Shown here: piece after piece, positions 16,818 to 24,379 of the stretch
How positions within the stretch are numbered: the stretch's first letter is position 1
How the letters are laid out: every line of letters begins with the position of its first letter
Origin: Bacteroidales bacterium
GTDB taxonomy: Bacteria; Bacteroidota; Bacteroidia; Bacteroidales; VadinHA17
Reading direction: 5' to 3'
DNA length: 64,000 bases
Assembly (NCBI GenBank): GCA_034002785.1
Contig: JAVEZX010000001.1
Coordinates: 2,984-66,983, forward strand
Translations under genes and position numbers: made by a program
Notes under the pieces: generated by a model
The model's input: the letters and a program-made list of their open reading frames with translations, nothing else
Databases searched by the model: none
What the model was told of the DNA's origin: nothing

Positions 16818-17666
16818 TTAAACTAAATTACCAGGAACAAACTCCTCCGGCATGGGCATTCCATATACTTTTTTTCTGAGAAAGTTGCCCAGTGATGCGA
16901 GATCAGGGCAATCCGACAATTCCCCCGGACTGATTATCTCACCAATGCCGATTCGCTGTACCCGGTCCTGTTTGTTGAAGACCTCGGACGGCAGTCTCAG
17001 CAACCTGATCCTCCAGTTGATAAGTCCGAGGAAGTAGAAGTACGCCGAGTTTTTATCGAAGAATCGCAGAGGCAGGACCGGCACCTTCGCCCTTGAGATC
17101 AGGTGGAGGATGCTCTCCTGCCATTTGCGGTCCCTCACCTTCATATCTCTGAGGGTGAAATCGGATACGGCTCCCGAGGGAAAGAAACCAAGAGGGTGCC
17201 CGTTGCGAATGTGCTCCAGGGCCTCACGTATTCCCTTTATACTGGCAGCCTTGATGCCGGTCTTTTTGTTTCCTGCCGGAACCACTGAGATGAAATTCCC
17301 TTCAAGGGTTTTGATCAGCGAGAGAATCCTGTTGACCATGAATTTGTAGTCTGGCCTCAGCCTGGCCATCAGGTCAATCGTCATGATTCCGTCCAGGCCT
17401 CCGTAAGGGTGATTTGAGATTGTAATGAAGGCGCCGTCAGGCAATTCATTGATTATCTGTGCATTCCCCACGACATAATTCACCCCCAGGTCATCAAGAA
17501 GTCTCGAAGTAAATTCTGCACCAGTCCAGGCACCTGAATTTTCATATACCCTGTTGATCTTATCTATTGCAAGCAGATGGATGACATTATCAGCAAGGCG
17601 ATGGCCATTTCTGCCTCTGAACAGGAATGACAACGGTTCCAGATCTTTGGGTTCAATAACCTTCAT
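16818..17666 (-). CDS. PlsC/lysophospholipid-acyltransferase-family protein (GlsA/OlsA-like O-acyltransferase type)
   Basis: Acyltransferase box ITISNHPYGGLDG, then FFPSGAVS (the block III-like FPEG equivalent). I chose the start at ATG 17666 (MKVIEPKDL). The longer track ORF (to 17843) runs into the divergent GH20 promoter and start codon. Confidence 0.7.
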   Translation of the reverse strand: MKVIEPKDLEPLSFLFRGRNGHRLADNVIHLLAIDKINRVYENSGAWTGAEFTSRLLDDLGVNYVVGNAQIINELPDGAFITISNHPYGGLDGIMTIDLMARLRPDYKFMVNRILSLIKTLEGNFISVVPAGNKKTGIKAASIKGIREALEHIRNGHPLGFFPSGAVSDFTLRDMKVRDRKWQESILHLISRAKVPVLPLRFFDKNSAYFYFLGLINWRIRLLRLPSEVFNKQDRVQRIGIGEIISPGELSDCPDLASLGNFLRKKVYGMPMPEEFVPGNLV

Positions 17667-17831
17667 AGCGGTAAAGACAAATTTACGAATTAAATGAAAT
17701 TGCACCTCACGGCAGGTATTCGGATCCGGCAATCGGTTAAAGGATGAACAATACGGTTTAATTACTGATGCAAAAAACATATATTTGAAACCAAGCAGAT
17801 TTAACACTGTAAAAGAAAAAACGGAATACAG

Positions 17832-19397
17832 ATGAAAATGCAATCTCTCATTCTTGCAGCCACAGCAGCGGTACTTGTGACCGGTTGTGCAGGCAGCGCC
17901 TCTGAGCCGACAGATCTTGCCAGAAACAGCATCATCCCGAAACCGGTTTCAGTAACTGCCACCGGAGAATCATTCACCCTGACCCAGAAAAGCGACATTT
18001 ATGTCATGCCGGGCGCTCCGGCTGAACTTGCATTCATTGGAAACTACCTTGCAGAAAAGCTGAATCCCTCCACAGGTCTTGACCTGAAGGTGATCACAGA
18101 TGGCGGCAAGCCAGGCAGGGGAGACATTCTTCTCAGCCTTAAGGAGGGGGACCCCGAGCTCGGAGATGAGGGATACGAGCTTGTAATAACAGATAAGTTA
18201 ATCACCGTCAACGCAAACAAACCGGCAGGAGTCTTTTACGGTATCCAGACGGTAAGGTTGTTGCTGCCCCATGAAGTTGAAGCCGGTACCCTTCAGGAAG
18301 TGCCCTGGGTAATTCCCACCGGGACAATACGCGATTATCCCTCGTACGGATATCGCGGGGTTATGCGTGATGTGGCACGTCACTTCTTCGGCCCGGAGGA
18401 TATCAAGAGTTACATTGACCAGCTGGCTCTGTACAAGATCAATGTTTTGCATATGCACCTCTCGGATGACCAGGGATGGAGGATAGAGATCAAATCATGG
18501 CCCAACCTGACGGCCCATGGCGGCAAAACAGAGGTTGGCGGCGGTGAAGGCGGCTTCTATACCCAGGAAGAGTATTCTGATATCGTAAAGTACGCTGCTG
18601 ACAGGTTTATTACAATCATTCCCGAGATTGACATGCCGGGTCATACAAACGCAGCTCTCTCATCTTACCCTGAGCTCAACATGGACGGAAAGGCTCCGGA
18701 GCCTTACACAGGAACTAATGTGGGATTCAGTACTCTTGACACCCGTTCAGAAATCACCTACAAATTTGTGGATGACGTGGTGCGTGAGATCGCAGCACTG
18801 ACCCCGGGGGAGTATTTCCATATAGGGGGAGACGAATCACATTCAACCAAAATTGATGACTACATCTATTTTGTCAACAGGGTGCAGGATATAGTTGAGT
18901 CACACGGGAAGAAAGTCATAGGGTGGGATGAGATTGCCCATTCAACCCTGAAGCCAGGCGCTGTTGTCCAGTACTGGGCACGGGCCGAGAATGCAATCAA
19001 AGGGATCAGCCAGGGGGCGAAGGTGCTGATGTCACCGTCCAAGTATGCCTATTCCGATATGCAGTATGACACTGCCTCTGTTTTCGGACTGCACTGGGCG
19101 GCCTACATCGAGGTCGATGATGCGTACAACTGGGATCCCGCCACACTGGTCCCCGAGATCACAAGGGAAAACATCGTCGGGGTTGAGGCTCCGCTCTGGG
19201 CTGAGACTATTTCAACCGAAAAAGAGGCTCAATACCTTATCTATCCGCGTCTTCCGGGGTATGCCGAGATCGGTTGGACCCAGGCATGGATGCGCAGCTG
19301 GGAGGAGTACAGGACACGTCTTGCCTCGCACGGGAAGCGCATGCAGATAATGGATATAAACTTCTACCGCTCCCCACTGGTTGACTGGGAACCCTAG
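17832..19397 (+). CDS. Beta-N-acetylhexosaminidase, GH20, lipoprotein
   Basis: Lipobox LVTGCAGS. GH20 catalytic region NVLHMHLSDDQGWRIEIKSWPNLT and HIGGDE (D-E pair). Confidence 0.9.
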   Translation: MKMQSLILAATAAVLVTGCAGSASEPTDLARNSIIPKPVSVTATGESFTLTQKSDIYVMPGAPAELAFIGNYLAEKLNPSTGLDLKVITDGGKPGRGDILLSLKEGDPELGDEGYELVITDKLITVNANKPAGVFYGIQTVRLLLPHEVEAGTLQEVPWVIPTGTIRDYPSYGYRGVMRDVARHFFGPEDIKSYIDQLALYKINVLHMHLSDDQGWRIEIKSWPNLTAHGGKTEVGGGEGGFYTQEEYSDIVKYAADRFITIIPEIDMPGHTNAALSSYPELNMDGKAPEPYTGTNVGFSTLDTRSEITYKFVDDVVREIAALTPGEYFHIGGDESHSTKIDDYIYFVNRVQDIVESHGKKVIGWDEIAHSTLKPGAVVQYWARAENAIKGISQGAKVLMSPSKYAYSDMQYDTASVFGLHWAAYIEVDDAYNWDPATLVPEITRENIVGVEAPLWAETISTEKEAQYLIYPRLPGYAEIGWTQAWMRSWEEYRTRLASHGKRMQIMDINFYRSPLVDWEP

Positions 19398-22174
19398 AAA
19401 TCGCCTTCGGCATTGCCGAAGATCCTGAAGTTGTAGGTCAGCATAAAGATGGGCTTTGCAAAGATTGTCATCTGGTAGCCTTTGATAAAGCCGTTCTCAT
19501 TCTTGAAAAATATCGAATAGGGATTCTTCCTTCCGAGGACGTTGTAAACCGTGGCGGTAAACGAAGAGTGGTTCAGTTTTTTGGCCTGGAGGTTGCCGTT
19601 TATCGTGGCAGCCAGGTCAAGCCTCATGTAATAAGGTATACGGTAGTCATTCCTGTTGGAATAGTATACGTGAGTTGAGTTGTAGAACTGGTAGAACGCC
19701 ACAGGGTATGTGATAGGTCTTCCGGAGCTGTAAACGAAGTTGGATGTCAGGTTGAACCGCCTTGAGGCCTTTGCATTCAGGACTATCTTCAGGTCATGAG
19801 GTTTATCGTAGTTGGCAGGGAAGTATCTTCCCCTGTTGACCTTTTCCTCCTCAAACTGGCCGTCTACCTTCATGAAGACTCTTGACCAGGTATAGCTGAC
19901 CCAGCCAGTGAGGCTGCCGGACTGTTTTTTCAGCATCAGTTCCACGCCGTAGGCCTTGCCGTCGCCGTTTATAATATCTGCTTCGAGGGCCGGGTTCATG
20001 AGCAGTTCGGCGCCTCCCTTATAGTCAAGGGTGTTGGTGAGCCATTTGTAGTATCCCTCAACGGAGGTTTCGATGGCCCGTTTGTCAAAGTTGAAATACA
20101 ATCCGGCTGATACCTGGTCACCTTTCTGAGGCCTTATGTATGTGTCGCTCAGCTTCCAGATATCGACGGGGGACATCGAGGTAGTGTTTGAGATCATGTG
20201 GAGGTACTGGTATGCTCTCTGTGCTCCGATCTTCAGTGAGGCGCCGGGGCCCATCATGAAGCGGGAGGAGAATCTGAAGTCGAGGCCCGGGTAGGTGCTT
20301 ACAATATCTTTTTTTGAGTAAGCCACCGTATCCGTTATTGTTTCGGTGCTTCTGGGCAGTCCATCGGCATAAATGAATTCGCTGCGCGGACCGAAGCTTG
20401 TATAGAGTGTTCCCCTCACCCCGGCGGATACTGAAAGCCAGGGAGTGATCTCAATCTCGTCGCTGAGGTAGAGTGAGGGTTCAAGTGCCTTTTCGCTCTG
20501 CAATTCCATCGGAATTGCTTCCGAAAAGTCGCCTAATGGTTCTCGTCTGCCCGGCTCAAGTGAGTAAAGCGTGGCATCAAAACCAAACTCCATCCTGTTT
20601 TTGGCTGAGCTGAGGAATGTAAAATCGGCTCTGCCTATCTTCTGGTCCAGCCTGTAATATGTATTGCTGGATTCAAGCGAATCGGCTGATGATGTCAGCC
20701 GGTAGCTGTAGTTGCTCAGGATGGCGAAATACTGGCCTGTAAGTCTTTTGCCGAAGGAGTGTTTCCATTTGAGGGTAGCGGCAGTGTTACCGTATCTGAA
20801 ACCGCTCTCCATGAAGTAATCGAACCTGTCGTCACTGTAATATCCGGAGAGAGAGACAGAGTTTTTCTCGTTTATGTCGGCGGTGAGGCTTCCCTGGAGA
20901 TCATAGAATCCGGCGGAGCTCTTCTTCAGCCTCTCATCGTTGAGCATACCAAGAAGCCAGTCGGAGTAGGTGGAGCGGGCGCCGATTATAAAGGAGACCT
21001 TATCGCTGAAGAGCGGGCCGTCAATCATCAGCCTGCCGGTAACGGGACTGATGCCACCGCTTACCTTTACCTTGTCACGGTTGCCCTCTGCCGGGATTAT
21101 CTCCATCACGGAAGAGAGTCTTCCCCCGTATTTTGCCGGCATGCCGCTCTTGAAAAGGGTTACGTCTGTAATCATGTCAGAGTTGAAGGCCGAAAAGAAG
21201 CCAAAGAAGTGCGATGAATTTATTATCGGGGCATAGTTCAGCAGGACAAGGTTCTGGTCAGTGCTGCCGCCACGCACGTTGAAGCCTGCCGATGCCTCAC
21301 CCACCGTCTGGATGCCCGGCAGCATAAGGGTGCTCTTAAGCAGGTCCGCCTCTCCGAGGCCGAGGGGTATCTGCTTAAGCATCTTTACGCTTATCTTTTC
21401 AGTTCCCATCCGTGTGTTTCTGACGTTGTTGTCACGGTTGGCCGAGATAAATACCGCATCAATCTCGCTGGGGCTCTCCGTCAGTGATACATCGAGGGAG
21501 CCGTCAGAATAGATCAGCACATTCCTGATGGCGGATTTCATTCCCATCATCCTGTATTCGATCCTGTACTGGCCGGGAGGAAGGGAGAGCGAGTAGAAGC
21601 CGGTACTGTTGGTCATTGCGCCTGAACGGAGCTTCTCAACATAGACAACCACACTCTGCATTCCCGTGCCGTCAAAGGCATCCCTGACCACACCGGTGAG
21701 GGTGACTCTTTCCGGCATCCCTTCGGAAGAGGGCCTGCCTATCCTGAAGAGCCGGTAATCATCGCTGACCACAGACTGCTCATCCTGAGCGGCAGGCCTC
21801 AGGAATTCAGCCGAGGCCGCCTCTGCATACCTTTCCCTGATATAGGTCTCATACTCCCTGGCAAAGTTTGTCTTGATGGCGTAGCCTTTCGACAGAATGA
21901 TCCTGTTGTCAGGGGTGATCATGAACAGCAGGCCGTCACGCCGGAGGTTGTTGTCAAGCACCCCCTCAAGTGTGGCATTCTCGGCAGAGACATTGAGATA
22001 GAGTGAGTCGGTCCACCTGGGTGAATAATAGACCCTTACCGGTACTTTCCTTTCGAGTGTATCAACGAAGTCATCAAAGAGAATCCTGTTGAACTGGAAG
22101 GTAAGGTTGTTGACCTGACCGGATGTGTACAGTGAAATTCCAAGCAAAACCGTTATCAGGAGGTTCTTTTTCAT
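19394..22174 (-). CDS. TonB-dependent receptor with N-terminal STN-like domain and carboxypeptidase-regulatory-like domain
   Basis: Signal peptide. The STN-like segment is LTFQFNRILFDDFVDTLERKVPVRVYY...LEGVLDNNLRRDGLLFMITPDNRIIL. The CarboxypepD_reg segment is VTLTGVVRDAFDGTGMQSVVVYVE...GFYSLSLPPGQYRIEY. There is also a plug-like region, and the barrel ends in ...AEGDF. Confidence 0.8.
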   Translation of the reverse strand: MKKNLLITVLLGISLYTSGQVNNLTFQFNRILFDDFVDTLERKVPVRVYYSPRWTDSLYLNVSAENATLEGVLDNNLRRDGLLFMITPDNRIILSKGYAIKTNFAREYETYIRERYAEAASAEFLRPAAQDEQSVVSDDYRLFRIGRPSSEGMPERVTLTGVVRDAFDGTGMQSVVVYVEKLRSGAMTNSTGFYSLSLPPGQYRIEYRMMGMKSAIRNVLIYSDGSLDVSLTESPSEIDAVFISANRDNNVRNTRMGTEKISVKMLKQIPLGLGEADLLKSTLMLPGIQTVGEASAGFNVRGGSTDQNLVLLNYAPIINSSHFFGFFSAFNSDMITDVTLFKSGMPAKYGGRLSSVMEIIPAEGNRDKVKVSGGISPVTGRLMIDGPLFSDKVSFIIGARSTYSDWLLGMLNDERLKKSSAGFYDLQGSLTADINEKNSVSLSGYYSDDRFDYFMESGFRYGNTAATLKWKHSFGKRLTGQYFAILSNYSYRLTSSADSLESSNTYYRLDQKIGRADFTFLSSAKNRMEFGFDATLYSLEPGRREPLGDFSEAIPMELQSEKALEPSLYLSDEIEITPWLSVSAGVRGTLYTSFGPRSEFIYADGLPRSTETITDTVAYSKKDIVSTYPGLDFRFSSRFMMGPGASLKIGAQRAYQYLHMISNTTSMSPVDIWKLSDTYIRPQKGDQVSAGLYFNFDKRAIETSVEGYYKWLTNTLDYKGGAELLMNPALEADIINGDGKAYGVELMLKKQSGSLTGWVSYTWSRVFMKVDGQFEEEKVNRGRYFPANYDKPHDLKIVLNAKASRRFNLTSNFVYSSGRPITYPVAFYQFYNSTHVYYSNRNDYRIPYYMRLDLAATINGNLQAKKLNHSSFTATVYNVLGRKNPYSIFFKNENGFIKGYQMTIFAKPIFMLTYNFRIFGNAEGDF

Positions 22175-22953
22175 AATTCCCGGGCGGTCCCGCGTTGATT
22201 GTCGAATGATTGTAAAATATTGATTATCTGTCTTTTGCTTGCTTTGCGAAGTTTGATTTTTCGCTGGGCTACAATTTTTTTCATCACTTCTGAGTCAGGG
22301 CCGAACTGCTTCGCGAGTTTACCTCCGGATGTTATTTTGCTGTATCCTGACGGTGTCTTGACGTACCCGACGGGAGAATAGTAGTATTCATCGATTCCGT
22401 TGCGCTGATGCACAACTGCCCTGTGCCTGATAATGTAGCCTGTTGGTCCTTCATAGGCCATCTCATAGAATCCTGAAGGAATGTCACCGCCTGTATCACT
22501 GTCATTAAGGTATCTGAACCGGAGCGTGTCTGTCCGGAAGAAAAGGGTGAAAGCGCTGATGAAGTCACGTGTGATTGAAATATTATAGCGGTTCTGTCCG
22601 AAACCATTGTCCATCTCGGAAAAGATAACCTCATCTGTAAAGGTATCATACTGAAGCACCAGGTCATCGTATTTTCTTCCTTTGACGATGATGTCAGAGG
22701 TGCGCTCCGTACCGTAGAACAGGAGTGGCTTGTTTTTGGCCCGGTAGTGGTAGGGGTAGTATTCGGCTCCGTTGATAAATGCGTGTGTGGTGCCGGTACG
22801 GACTGCATAGATGCTGTCCAGCAACTCTCTCTGAGCAGCTTCAACCGCAGCAAACCGGTCTGGTCTCCTGTCCGGAGTGCCTGTGGTTGCCTGCTGCGCA
22901 TACCCTTGTACAGTAAGGCTGAAGAGAAGTGCAAGCAGGTATATATTTTTCAT
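22171..22953 (-). CDS. Hypothetical secreted protein, co-transcribed with the TonB-dependent receptor (4-bp ATGA overlap)
   Basis: With the start at ATG 22953 the N-terminus is a clean signal peptide, MKNIYLLALLFSLTVQGYAQQ. I recognise no domain. Confidence 0.55.
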   Translation of the reverse strand: MKNIYLLALLFSLTVQGYAQQATTGTPDRRPDRFAAVEAAQRELLDSIYAVRTGTTHAFINGAEYYPYHYRAKNKPLLFYGTERTSDIIVKGRKYDDLVLQYDTFTDEVIFSEMDNGFGQNRYNISITRDFISAFTLFFRTDTLRFRYLNDSDTGGDIPSGFYEMAYEGPTGYIIRHRAVVHQRNGIDEYYYSPVGYVKTPSGYSKITSGGKLAKQFGPDSEVMKKIVAQRKIKLRKASKRQIINILQSFDNQRGTAREL

Positions 22954-23084
22954 TTCAGATCGGGAGGCTAAAAGCAATGCCGAAATAACAAATATTATTT
23001 CTAATTGCAGGACAGTTAACAAATTTTAATGTTTGCAGCGTCTTATTTTTCGGCAAATCGTGATATCGGGGAGCGATTAAGTTC

Positions 23085-23092
23085 TATTTTTG
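23085..23092 (+). promoter_or_regulatory. Bacteroidota sigma-A -7 motif (TAnnTTTG) upstream of the DUF4249 gene
   Basis: The octamer TATTTTTG lies 52 bp upstream of ATG 23144. The track's TTG start (23090) falls inside this motif, which argues for the downstream ATG. No clear -33 TTTG was seen. Confidence 0.4.
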
Positions 23093-23143
23093 TCAATTCT
23101 TCAGAAACTAACAACACTCGGACTGACTATACAGCGAAGGACC

Positions 23144-24367
23144 ATGATTAAAAGATGGCACAGGATTATTTTTGCGTTGGTCATATCCTTTACAATGCTG
23201 ACATGCATTGATCCCTACACTCCTCAGCTGAAGGCCTTCGAATCCCTGCTTGTGGTTGACGCACTTCTCACTGATGAGATTACCTCAAGCTACGTGCATC
23301 TCACGCGCACCACGCTTTACCCTGACTCGGATCCGATGATGGTATCAGGAGCAACAGTTACAATCACCGATGACCAGGGTACCTCTGCATTACTTAGGGA
23401 GCGAAGCCCGGGAGACTACCATACTGACTCTCTCACCTTCAGGGCAGAGGTGGGCAGGACCTATCAGCTTGTCATTGAGACCGGGGACGGGAATAAATAT
23501 GAGTCGAGTCCCTGCCTGATGCATCCGGTACCTGATATTGACAGCATCTATTACGGTGTGGACCAGGTTTTCTCTGAGCAGACGGGCGAATTCCGTGAGG
23601 GAATAAGCTTCTACATTGATACGAAGAACGAGGAACCGGGAAGCTATTATCGCTGGTCATATGAAGAGTGGTGGAAGTTCTCGGTTCCGGATCCGGCTCT
23701 GTTCAGGTATTTCAACGATTCAACAATTGTTCCCCTTCAGACGATCAACAGGACCTGTTATGCCCATACAAGTTCAGATATCATCGACATTGAAAATACT
23801 GTATCCGGCCACATCGGCGATTTTATCATGAAGCCGGTGCTGTTCGTCGCTTCGAGGGAGAGTGACAGGCTGCTGATTCAGTATTGTCTTGGTGTGAAGC
23901 AGATGTCTCTTTCGGCTGAGGAATATGAGTTCTGGCATCTGATGACGGAGATCAACGATGCCGGTGGTGATATTTTTGACAAGCAGCCTTTCCAGGTATT
24001 CAGCAATATAAAGAACCTGGCTGACCCGGATGACCAGGTTATAGGGTATTTCCAGGTTTCCGGGGTGAAACAGAAGCGTATATATGTAACCTTGAGGGAG
24101 GCTGCTGCCCTGAATCTTCCGCTGTATAATTATGAATGTGACAGGCAGGAAAAGGGCGAGATAGATTATCCTCCCACCTCCCCCGGTGAAGGGTATACCT
24201 TTAATGAGATCTATGCTGGTTTTCTTAACTCAGGTTACGCTTTTGTAGGTCCGATCTTTGATAAGGATAATTTGCTCTTCCGGCTGATCTTTGTAAGGCC
24301 TGACTGTGCTGACTGCACCCGGCGGGGGAGCCTTCTCAGGCCATGGTTCTGGGTTGATCTCGATTAA
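23144..24367 (+). CDS. DUF4249-like lipoprotein
   Basis: MIKRWHRIIFALVISFTMLTCIDPY (lipobox) followed by LLVVDALLTDE...YVHLTRT, the pattern I associate with DUF4249. That family is usually adjacent to CarboxypepD_reg-type TonB receptors. Confidence 0.6.
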   Translation: MIKRWHRIIFALVISFTMLTCIDPYTPQLKAFESLLVVDALLTDEITSSYVHLTRTTLYPDSDPMMVSGATVTITDDQGTSALLRERSPGDYHTDSLTFRAEVGRTYQLVIETGDGNKYESSPCLMHPVPDIDSIYYGVDQVFSEQTGEFREGISFYIDTKNEEPGSYYRWSYEEWWKFSVPDPALFRYFNDSTIVPLQTINRTCYAHTSSDIIDIENTVSGHIGDFIMKPVLFVASRESDRLLIQYCLGVKQMSLSAEEYEFWHLMTEINDAGGDIFDKQPFQVFSNIKNLADPDDQVIGYFQVSGVKQKRIYVTLREAAALNLPLYNYECDRQEKGEIDYPPTSPGEGYTFNEIYAGFLNSGYAFVGPIFDKDNLLFRLIFVRPDCADCTRRGSLLRPWFWVDLD

Positions 24368-24379
24368 GACAAGAAACGG

